This document shows positions 25,079 to 36,400 of a DNA stretch of 64,000 nt, piece by piece. This stretch comes from Vicugna vicugna (taxonomy: Eukaryota), in assembly GCA_013265495.1 (NCBI GenBank), contig MU059614.1:969601-1033600 (forward strand). Reading direction: 5' to 3'. The notes under the pieces were generated by a model that ran no database searches, was not told where the DNA came from, and was given only the letters and a program-made list of their open reading frames with translations. The position numbers and the translations under genes were made by a program. Every line of letters starts with the position of its first letter. The first letter of the stretch is position 1.

Positions 25079-25807
25079 TTTAGGGGGAAAGGTCTGTCTC
25101 CCCCCTCACCTCAGCCCCCAAACCCCTCCCCAGAAGCAGCCAGAGACTCAGCGCTATTCGATCTCCTTGACCTCATCTGGCTCCTGGAGTGACACAAAAT
25201 TTACATTCAAAGTTGCCAGACAGAAGGCCACAGCTGTGGCCAGTGGGGCTGAGAGCACCCAGGGGCCTCCCAGAGCCTGCAGGCCAAGCCCTGTGCCCAA
25301 GATGTCCATCCAAATTAAACAGGTGGCACCATACTCAGTTTCCAAACCTCCTTTCACAAGTTCTCTCACGCTGGGCATTAAACTGAACTTTAAAGCATCC
25401 ACTTGGCGAGTGAACCGATTGACCGCTGCGTGACACAACAAAGAATCACAGTCAACACAGCTCCTCCTCGCCAGCAGTCACGTTAAGCACATCCTAATTT
25501 CCAGCTAACTGCAGCACCTTGATTTAGGTGTCTCACTCTGTGTACGATAGTTTCTTAACTTGGGGTGCAATTCTGAGGCTGAGGGTTGACGAGTGTCCCC
25601 AAAAAAGGACAAGCCATTTCGACATGTGCGGGAAGCAGAGAGTAAACGGACCAAAGCAGAAGCCGAGCATGTACCGCCGGCCAGCCGGGGGCCGCAGAGG
25701 CCTGGACACCCACCACCGTCAACCAGATCACTCCCACCTCTGCCACCCGCCCCGCAGTCCCTCCCTCAGCCAGCAGGAGGCAGGGGAGACGACGAGGGGG
25801 TCTTTAC

Positions 25808-25982
25808 CGAACGATGGCCAGGGGTCCGAAGTGCTGGCTGCAGCTGCCGGCCCACCCCAGGGGTTGGTCTGGTTAGCTGAGGCGGATGGGCCCCAGGGCT
25901 CTGCCTTCTCCACAGCAGGGCCCGAGCCGGGCAGGGCGTCCATCAGATCCAACAGTGTGGGCTGCTGTGGGTGGGAGCCGTG
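25808..25982 (-). CDS. EPN2: EPN2 exon (HGSHPQQPTLLDLMDALP...EPW...NPW...SDPWPSF), first clathrin box LLDL, 175 nt
   Basis: Acceptor cctcacag and donor GTAAAG; phase 0-1. Confidence 0.96.
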
Positions 25983-26505
25983 CTGTGAGGCAGAGAGAAG
26001 GGGTCAAGCTGGCTTCCCTGCAGCTGCAGCGAACGCCCACATGCTTCCGCGCACGCTGCCCGGGCCTCTAACAGGGCAAAGGTCTGGGGAGGTCCCCGAT
26101 GACCTCAGAAGCTGCGCCGCTCCCCTGCGAAGACAAAGCTCGCCCACACCGAGCTATTTCCTATGTGCCAAGTGACCTGCCCGCCATCAACCAGTCCTCG
26201 GGGCTTCTCAGGGCAACGTGGGCTCTGCTTCCCTCCAGGATGCTGCCCCCACCTGCCTGTGCCCCCTCAGGACCCCCTCCCAGGGCGGCCTCCCCACCCC
26301 GGGACCCCCTGCTCTGTGGGGCGGGGTCTACCTCCTGACAGGGTGACGAGTGCTGGAGGCAGAGCCATGTCGGTCTCCATTAGGCCCCAAAGCACGGGAC
26401 ATGTGCTCACGCAGCGACGGCCAGAGCCGGGGCAGGGAGCACTGCGGCTGCACACAGCTCCGGGGAGGGCCACCCCCTCGGGGGACCATCCCAAGGAGCA
26501 CTCAC

Positions 26506-26598
26506 CTCTCTCTTTTTTGGAACTTTGACGGTGTCCCTGCGGCTTTCCTCCAGGGCCATCTGCAGCCTGAGGTCATCGCCCCGCCGGAGGCGCTCTTC
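26506..26598 (-). CDS. EPN2: EPN2 UIM exon (EERLRRGDDLRLQMALEESRRDTVKVPKKRE), 93 nt
   Basis: Acceptor atccacag and donor GTGAGT. Has the UIM pattern DDLRLQMALEES. Confidence 0.97.
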
Positions 26599-27814
26599 CT
26601 GTGGATGACAATGACCTGGAAGCTCGTCGCCCCTCACTTCAGAGGAGGGCTGAAGACCACGCGGCTGTGCCCCCTCCGCCCCCGCCCCGTGTGGCTTCCA
26701 CTTGCCTCCAGCCCCACCAGGGAGACGGGGGCACAGGCACCACCATATCACAGAAAGGAAATGCTTATTCTAAAATGACTTTTCTCAAAATGAAAATGGC
26801 TTTATGACTCTTCTGAACTAAAGAAGCAACGTATCTCCTAATAAAACACAGAAGTCTGACAGCCCAGAAAGGACCTGGAAAGAGGGCAGAAATCACAGCA
26901 CTCCAGCCCACTGTGCACACTTCAGAAAATGACTGTGTACTTACTTTTTATGATTTCTAGTAGAAGTAACTCATTATAGTTAACTTACACTTATTCAGGG
27001 CAAAGTCACCATACGCAAAAAGACTGGCCGTCCTAGCTTTCACAGAATGAGTAAATGTAAACCCCGTGACTGACTAAAACGGGCTCAGACCTCCCACCTG
27101 TCCCTGTGGCTGTGCCCTCGAGTGGGCACAGGGCCGCACGGAAGCTGTCCGCCGCTGTGGCCCTTCAGACTGCTCCAGTCAGAGCGAGGCGGACCACGCC
27201 GGGACGGACCCCCGCTCGCCCGCCCACGCCTGTCTGCACCACTGCTGGGGGGGGCTTGGGCCTCGCTCACTCCTCTGCCCCTTTTCACCAAAGGTCAGCA
27301 GGGCGGGCCTGAGAAGAGGTGGACCTGAGAAAGGCTGACACGCTGAAAGGTCATCTCAGTTGCTCCTTTCCCTCCTTTTCCATCTGGAAGTAACTCATGC
27401 TTATGAAGGAAAAACGGGAACTGAAAAAAATGAGAACTACACACACTTCCGCCATCTGCTATCAGCTCTCGTCTCCGGGGCATCTCCTTCTAGCCTTTGT
27501 GTTCAGATGCTCTTGGCCCACCCTCCGGGTGGGAGGACAGGACCACGGCCGCCTGCGGGCAGGGAGGGCTGTGCACACTTGGTCCAGAGCCAGGACACAA
27601 GGCTGAGTGCGGAGTGTTTCTGGGAAACACTTCTCACTGGCTCGTCCCCAGGCACCGACGGACGTCCTGAAAACCTTCCCTAAATGTGTATCTGCTGGGA
27701 CCCTCCCTGACAGGGGCAGCGAGTGACAGGAACACCCTTTGCAGGGCATGCAAGCGTCCTCCCCATGATGCTCCGCCCCCCCACCCCCGCCCGGCGCGGA
27801 CCGGCAACACTGAC

Positions 27815-27927
27815 CTGCTCGGCCACCTCTCTGCTCATGGCCAGCGCCAGCTGCAGCTGCAGCTCCTCTTCTCCGCTCGTCTGTGGCCGGGCCTGCTCCA
27901 GCTCGGAGGACACCCGCGGGGAGGTGG
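27815..27927 (-). CDS. EPN2: EPN2 UIM exon (TSPRVSSELEQARPQTSGEEELQLQLALAMSREVAEQ), 113 nt
   Basis: Acceptor cccccacag and donor GTCAGT. Has the UIM pattern EEELQLQLALAMS. Confidence 0.97.
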
Positions 27928-29033
27928 CTGTGGGGGGAGGCCAAGTCACCACAGCACAGGACCCGCCACTAGCTGGTCAAACATACCTGCTCCCATCCCG
28001 CCCCTGCCCTGAGGGTCTGACCACAGCCCCCGACACGGGACACAGGTGGGGTGGAGGAGAGGTCTGCCAACATCCCCGTTAAAATCAAGTCACTGCACAG
28101 CGACAAGGCCACAGGCCAGGACAAGAGGCCCTCAGGCACCCGCCCCACAGTCAGGCCTCCAAGGACCAGATCCCGGTCTTAAACACTGCAGAGCTGCACT
28201 GCTTCGAAGAGAGGAACTGAGTTTTTAAAAGATTGAGAGTGTAGCTCTTGAAAAGCTGGACGGAAGATCGGCCGGAAGAGCACAGGCATCTGAGGACCAC
28301 ACACCCCTCTCCAGGCTCCCCGAGTCGGTGAGAGGCTCCCTCTGTCTCTCACGGCATAAGGATCATGGAAAACGAAGGCGAAACATTTCTGCAGTAATTC
28401 TGAATATTTCTGTTTTTTAGGTAAAACTGTACAGTGACTCGAAAATAAAAATATGTAGACTTTTTTTGCTTAAGTACTTAGCTAATGTAAACACTTGTAA
28501 GTAGCGCCTGGAATGACAGTTTTGAGAGAAAGGATGAGACATGAACTTTCAGCAGATGGAACAAACCCCAAAGCAAAGGGCTCGCACAGTCATGCTGTGG
28601 CCAGGCAGGGCCTCCCCGCAGTGAAAACACTGCGCTTCCACGGCCACCAGGCTCCCTGCGGCAGGGGCCCTCGATGCCAGCAGACTCAGACGTGAAGCTC
28701 TGGCAGCCGGAGCCAAAGGGTGTGCCCACCTCGCCCTCACCCAGGAGGGGGCCTGCAGCTCCTCTGAAATTCCCAAAGCAAGCTCTGCTGTCTGAAGAGG
28801 TGGTCAGGCCACATCTCAGCGCCCCGGCTTTCCTTCTGGGCCTCTGCGCTGCTCTCTCAGGCCCAGCTCAGCCTGCCTGCCACTGCTGGGGCTGGCTCGG
28901 CACCCCCCAGCACCCCCTCAATCTGCAGCTTGGTAGGTCACATCCAAAGGTGCTCTCAAGGGAGGGCCTAGGCCTGCCCTCCCACCATTACATCCATCCC
29001 CAAAGTCTGGCAGAGCAGCTGACAAACGCCCAC

Positions 29034-29129
29034 GGACGGCCGGATGCCTGCACGCACGGTCGCGTGGAGATAGACAGACGGGGACAGCCGGGTGCCTGCG
29101 TGCACGGTCACATGGAGACAGACGGACGG
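29034..29129. repeat. Diverged tandem duplication, 48 bp x2 (40/48 identical)
   Basis: Manual alignment of 29034-29081 with 29082-29129. Confidence 0.9.
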
Positions 29130-30011
29130 AGGACCCCACTTTCTGGGTAGCTGTTGCAGACGCGCTGACTGCATCGTCCTTTAGCCCCAGCTTCCGTGCT
29201 ATCCGTTCCAGCAAACCCAGCCCCCAGGGCTCAGCCAGATGCTGCTTCTGCCTGAACCTCCAACTAAACGTGCTTCTTAGGGTCTGCTCCTTTGGGAGGA
29301 AGTAAAAGCTAGGGAGTGATTCCTGTCATGGAGGCGTCTAGATGACTGGGCCCTGCGTGCAGTGAGTGAAACAGGAGAAGAATCGAGATAGAGTCGAGGA
29401 GGGACCCACAGAAGAACCGGGGTGGCAGCAGGGGCAGTGCACAGCGGGCGCTGTAACTGGCGTCACTTCATCCCATGATTCAGAAAAATCACACAAAACA
29501 CACAGCAGTGAGATTTCATTTGGAACAATTATGTGGCCTGAAGTGCAGTGAGTTCGCTATGATTTATTGTCAACCAAAAGAACCATTGAAAAAAAAGCCA
29601 GCAACCTCACGTCTACACTAACGAACAGGTCAAACAAGAAAAAAACGCAGCAGTAATTTAAAAAAACAAACCACAAACATATTTTTCTAAATAAATCAAG
29701 TCAAACCCCAGTCCACTGCATCACCCCAGTTAGATTTTCCAAAGCATTTCTTTAGAAATGAAGCTAGATGGCAATGAGACACCCTCAAATCTATTTTAAT
29801 AATTTGATTTCTTAATAATATACCAAAACAAAAGCACATGTTCTGTCGGTTCTATTCCCAGCCTTTACCTCTGCCCATCGCAGCTGGCAGTCTCCTCCTG
29901 CTCTGGGGGCAGCCACCACCCTGGCTGGTGGGAACAAAGGAAGCTGGAGGGCTGACAGGGCAGGTCAGGGGATGGGGAGGGTGGTTGAGGGGAGGCCGAG
30001 GGGGATGGGTG

Positions 30012-30472
30012 NNNNNNNNNNNNNNNNNNNNNNNNNNNNNNNNNNNNNNNNNNNNNNNNNNNNNNNNNNNNNNNNNNNNNNNNNNNNNNNNNNNNNNNNN
30101 NNNNNNNNNNNNNNNNNNNNNNNNNNNNNNNNNNNNNNNNNNNNNNNNNNNNNNNNNNNNNNNNNNNNNNNNNNNNNNNNNNNNNNNNNNNNNNNNNNNN
30201 NNNNNNNNNNNNNNNNNNNNNNNNNNNNNNNNNNNNNNNNNNNNNNNNNNNNNNNNNNNNNNNNNNNNNNNNNNNNNNNNNNNNNNNNNNNNNNNNNNNN
30301 NNNNNNNNNNNNNNNNNNNNNNNNNNNNNNNNNNNNNNNNNNNNNNNNNNNNNNNNNNNNNNNNNNNNNNNNNNNNNNNNNNNNNNNNNNNNNNNNNNNN
30401 NNNNNNNNNNNNNNNNNNNNNNNNNNNNNNNNNNNNNNNNNNNNNNNNNNNNNNNNNNNNNNNNNNNNNNNN
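30012..30472. other. Assembly gap (461 N) with G-rich flanks
   Basis: N run read directly from the sequence. Confidence 1.
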
Positions 30473-33400
30473 GAGGTTGAGGTGGGGGGAGGTTGAGGTG
30501 GGTGTTGGGGGGAGGATGAGGAGGGTGGGTGGACAGGGTAGTGTTGGGAGAGACTCCCCTGCCAAATGTGGCTCCTTCATCTAGATCACAGCCACGCAGG
30601 CTGCCCGTTCCCAGCCTTCTTCCTCACAAAGAATCTCAGACTGCTTCACAAAACCCTGTCTGTAACAACACGGCACATCCAACAGCCTTCATTTACTCTC
30701 AAAAAGAAACCAGGAGTGAATAAAGAAGAAAACCTCAAACCCCACTCCACACCCCAAAAAGTGCTCTGAAAAGAAAGCCCCATCTTGGCGGGCAGCTGCT
30801 ACCTGGCCATGCTGCCACGGGGCCTGATTCGGCCAGGAGCTGGCGGTGAGTGGGCCAGGGCACGGAACAGGGACCTGCTGGAGAAGTGAGGCCTCCCTTG
30901 TCCCCTGCACCCTCAGCACACCTGCAGGGCCAGCCTGGCTTCAAAGGCAAAGGCTCACGTTTGCATCCACCAGAGCTGATGCTGTTAGAGTGACACATGG
31001 CCAGCGCCTACGGAAATAGCTTACCACATCAATGTGGAAATGAAGACAAAGGGTATTCCCCCAAATGCTGTGGTTTTTATAAACGGATGTACAGCTCTCA
31101 GTTCCGCAGATGGCGGAATTCACAGCCACCAGCCCCAAATGTCAGCTGAGCTACACAGAGGTGTCAGCTGCGCGCGCGGCGTCCAGGGGGATGCTCCCGC
31201 CTTAGCGACAGCATCTCGGCCACAAAGAGCCTCTTGTGCCTGGGCACATGACAGGGAACACAGAAGGGCTGTGAGACGGGCCTGAATGGACCCTTCCCAC
31301 CACCTGAGCCTGGCCCCGGCCCTGCTCTGGGGATCTGAGGGTCCAGCACTCCCAGGGACCGGGGCACATGTCTGCAGGACGCCTGCTCTCGGATCGCAGA
31401 CCCAGCCACCCTCTGGAGGGAAGACAGGCCTGTGAGCACCAGCTAATCACTCAAGGAGCTAGTGTGGCACTACCCTTCTCCTGAGGCTGAGACGGATCCC
31501 ATGGGGAGGAGGGCCGTCTTCACGTGCCGCGGTTGAGAACTCTGTACGTGGTGGGCTCACGTGCATCCTCTCCTGTCCGCTACCCTGGCTGAGAAGGCTC
31601 ACAGGAGAGGGTGAACAAGGAGCCTACAAAAGCCCAATGTTTCCCTCAAAATACCGGCTAAGAGGAGGCTCAGAGGCGCCTCCCAGCACCCCTGGTAGGG
31701 CTCCCCACCTTTACTAGGCTGGGCTGCTACCAGGACCGCCCCACCAGGCCACATGCCTGCACCCTCTGCTGCAGGGAGTACATGGGTCCCCAGATGTGCT
31801 CCTGAAACAAAGATGCTTCAGCAGGCCAACGTCAAGGAATTTTGAAAGAAGAAAGCAAAGCACTCAAGGTAACAGAAAAACAGGAAGCTGCTGCTTCTCG
31901 CTGGCCGTGGTTCACCACTTTCTTGGAAAGCACGTAAGCAGCGCCTGCAGTCACACAGGCTGACTAAAGGGAGCAGACTGCGAGCTCAGCTTTTCGGCAC
32001 AGCGACCAAGGTAACTCCCGGCAAAGCCCTGCAGGGCCCCAGCACTGCTGCCACCACTAACGACCCCGTGTCCGCTGGCTAACAGGGATGCCAGAGTTCA
32101 AATCCCGTCCCCAGCACACGCCAGCAGTGAGGCCACGCACAAACGGCGGACCTCCTCGGGCGTCTGCTTCTATGAAACTGGGCGGTGGGGGGCCCCTGGG
32201 TCTGCGCCTTGCCCCGGGTCACTACTTTCCACACCCCCCATGACCCCAGGCCCCCGAGGGCGCCCTGTGGCTGTGAATGACCCTTACGATGCTGTTCTCT
32301 GTTCTGTTCTCAGGGACACCTGCCAGACCTGTGACCCGGACCTGCCAGCACAGCTGCCTTCGGGGATCTGGTCTCGATCTGGCCTTTGATTCCTCTCCAG
32401 ACTAAGAAGCTGCTTGCTTGTCCACATTCAGATGACACCACAAAACCACACACCAGGGCTCCAGACCGACCACCTGTGGGCACAGTCCAGGCAGCCGGGA
32501 TGTCACAACGTCACGATACAAACAGCAGGGCAGCAGGGGTGCAAAGCTGTGCTTGCAGCACGGCTGCAACCTGGCAGAGACAGTGCTTAGAGCAAAGTCC
32601 AGAAGGAAACAGACACGTGAGTCAGCTGCCTGGGTACCACGGTTACGGGCACGTCTGTCTACTTTCTGTGTTTTCTACACCATCAGGAATGAACATGTGT
32701 TACTTCTACAAGGAAAAAACTAGCAGAGCTCCCTATTTCAGGCCCACACCGCACTTACCAGTTAGAACTGGAGAAGTGGGCCACCGAGAGCACTCGCTGA
32801 AGGGTGCTGGTCATCCCGCCGACAGCCGGCCTCCGCTGTTCGCCGGCAGGCAGCAGGAGGACTCGGATTCCGCTGCAACATCAATTTCTAGCTGCTGACA
32901 GTCGGCCCCTCGCCCGCTGACTCTAACTTTTTGAAAGGGCATGGCCACTGGTCATCAGCTGGATGGAGAGGGGAGCCTGGAGAGGCAGCCCACCCGGAGC
33001 AGGGGGCCAGCCGGCCACACACCACGCCCGTGGAAGCTTCAGCCCACCCCAGAGGCTCCGAACTGACTGCTCAGACCTGTGCCCAGGCTTTGGCACACCT
33101 GGGGACATTTAAAAACTCCCAGGCAGCCAGCTTGAGCCGGTAGCTTAGGGAACAGGGAACAGAGAAAGGGCAGCTAGCAAAATCAGGAACAGTATTTATT
33201 TGATTACTAAACAAAAACGAGCAACCATGAATCATACTGTTGCTAAACTCAAAGCATCAAGAAACTACACAGGTACGAACACTTCCACACTTCCGGAAAA
33301 GCCCACAAAATGTATTTTCAAAAGACTAATGCGTATGCCTGAGGCAGACACCAGTGGAGATGAGCACACCACATAAAACAGCATCAAAAACGAGAGCTAC

Positions 33401-36400
33401 GGTTTATTTAGCACTCGCCCATTCCGGAAGTGCTCACTGAACACCCGTCCCACTGAGCACAAGCCCCTGCCGCTGGCGCAGGGACAGAAGGCAGACGGTC
33501 CTCTCAGGCAAGGCGCTCTGGAGACGGCAGAACAGACTACCGTGAGATGCAGAGATGACACAAAAACTACACAGCCTGCTTTCCCACACGAAGAGAAGTT
33601 ATCTTTAGACCCTCCCTCTTATTTGCATTTATACTATAATTTTAAATGTCCCCTTCCTTCAAGTTGACCGCTGGAAACCAGTCACCAAGAGCTATGGATT
33701 GGACACCAGCTACCCTGACTTAACCACCTTTGCTTTTCTCATAACCACTGTTGACAGTCTATAAACGACAGTTTGTGGACCTATAATTTTTACAAAGGGC
33801 GCTTTAAAGACAAAGGGATAGATGTAAGTATCGCACTTACACCAAGTTTCAGCGGCACAAGTCAACATCAGTCATTTAATTAACAACCCCAATCAGCAAC
33901 CGTACCCTGAGATCAGAGGAGCGCCCGTAGACCCAGGCCCCCACTGAGTGACACTGTAAGTAGGTGCGCCTCCTCTTAGAAATCATTAAAGTAAGGAACC
34001 AGCGGTACACAAGATGGACCACACAACCATGAGCTGCAACAGGTGCGCACTGTACAGCCATCTACCTTGTACAACAATTTAAAAACTGCTTTTTTATGGA
34101 AAAGTAGGAGAAAGAGATCCAGAGTCCTGGAAAACCTGCACTGAAATTCTGGCTTCATGTTTCTTCCAAGGGGGTCTGGGTGCGTCAGTCCATCTCAGCA
34201 TCCCCACTGGCACCGGTCCTGCCTCCTCCCGGGCAAGGGTGAGCCGCAGACGGGCTCCTCCTACAGGGAAGGGGGCGGGGGCCAGCAGCTCTCCGGCTGC
34301 CCTGTCTCAGGTGCTGGCCAGCTTCGCCACGCAGCACCCTCGCCGCAGCATATTCAGATCCCTGGAGGCCTGAGCCCGTCCGGCAGGAATGAGCCCCTTT
34401 GATGTCTGACCCCTGGACAGATGCGTCACCTCTGAGGATCTGCTGGCATCACTGCCCAGCCTCCTCCTGACTCTTTCCCACGTGCAGAGATGAGCTCTCT
34501 CCAGAGTAAGCTCATGCTGACAGCCAGCGCCAGCCTCTGCAGGGACTCACTACTGCCAGAGAGGAAGGGGTTCCACAACATGCAGAACACTCAGGCTCGA
34601 GCAAAAGGAAGTGCCAAATGAACCCCATCTCCCGCCAAATTCCTGGTCCACCCCCCTCGGAAAGCAATCTGCCAAGACGGAGCCCACAGCCAGTGGAAGG
34701 CCAGGGGCTCTGGGCACACTCCCCACTAGCTGGCTGTCCTGCCCTTCCTGACACCGGGAACCCCCCAGCGCTAGTGTCACCCCGCCTGCACCGCGGAGCT
34801 CCGCCCCACAGGCTCGTGCTGGCCTCCGCTGACTCAGCGTCCTCCACACCCACGTCCCAGGAGGGTTTCTGAGGGACACACTGGCTGGGTTTGATTTTTC
34901 TTTTTTTAAATGATGAATGTATCTTCCACAATCTCCGGTTTTCAAACACAAACCTATGGAGAACTCCCACCTCAGGTGTATAATTCCTTCTGACATGTTC
35001 TCCTGTGTGTAGACACGTGTGCATACTCAGCTCCGCTCCCACAGGCTGGCTGGCAAGGCTGGGGCCACAGCGAGTCTCACTCAGGCCTGAGGTGCCTCTG
35101 CTGTAGGGAACCGGCCTCCCCGTGGCCCCAGGAGAGTCTGCTGCCCGCGGGACCTTCCCAAACACATGCGTAAAACGGTGCACAGAAGCTTTCAGGTTCC
35201 CTGCAACAGGCTTAGGTGTGGCCGACCACGGCAGGGTCGTGGGAGACCCAGGGTCCCCTAGACTCCTGCCAGGCCGTCACACAGCAGTCCAAGCACCGAC
35301 TGACTATGTGCCAGGCTGTGCAAGGCAAGACACAGGCGGCCACGGCCGCAGCTCTGGTGGGGAGGGCGTCCGCGAGCGCCAGGTGAGGCCAGAGAGCTGA
35401 AGGCACCTCGGGCAGAGCTCCCTCCCAGGCCCTAGGCTCCTCAGAGCCCCACCTCCATGGCCAGGTCCCACAAGGGGCAGCAGGTGCCCTGCGGCAGTGA
35501 TCGGGGTGGCCCTCAGCCCCTCACCGACCGGCCCTCCAGCCGGTCCTGCGGCCTCTCCTTCAAGATCAGCCCAGCCACCTCTACCGCCCCAAGATCCAGG
35601 CACGTCATCTCCCCCAGGGGATGGGGAAGGGTCTCCCGACAGGTCTCCCTGCGCTCGCCCGCCCCGTACAGCTGGAGGGTCCTCCTAAGCTTTCTCCTCC
35701 TTAAATCAGATCAAATCCCTCCTTGGATCCAAACCCTCCCCTGCCTCCCAGTTCACTGAGTAAAAGCCGAAAGGCTCCTGAGGACCCGGAGGGCCCTGCA
35801 CCGGCAAAGCAGGAGGAGGTGTTCTGCCACTGCGACATCCACACACAGACGCCAAGTGTCAGGACAAAGACCCTCCCTGCCCTCCAGACACCCCACGGCT
35901 CCTCCTACCTCCAGGCTTGTTCTGGGCACTCCTACTGCTCAGACCACCCCACCTCCACCCCACACACACCGGGTCGTTTCGGTTTTGGATATAGCACGCA
36001 GCGTGACCGCCTCTCTCCTGTGGGTGGGGTGGGGGCACACGTGGGGACTCAAACCCTTGCTGAGGGACAGGAGGACGCAGGTGCTGGGCAGACGGCAGCA
36101 GACTGTGCCCGCCAGCAGAGCGCACTGAGGGGCCCCCACGGTGCCAGGCCGCCTCCCCGCCCCCGCCGTGGGTCTGCACCATGCCCAGTAGGCCTCCCCC
36201 GTGGGTCTGGGGTGCCACGTGCGCCCCTCACAAACGTCTCCCCTGAATCACAGCCCATATTTCATGTCAGTCTGACTTCTCCAACCTGGATTCCAAGCCA
36301 GTTTGTTCAAAGCAGACCCCCACGTGCATAGATGCAGCCCTCAGCTTACCCTCAATACTCGGGTAGGTGATCAAAAAGGAGTTCCCCCAGTGGCGGCCCC

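Noticed and set aside
29838-30584. Long ORFs spanning the N run
   Set aside because: Artefacts of the assembly gap.
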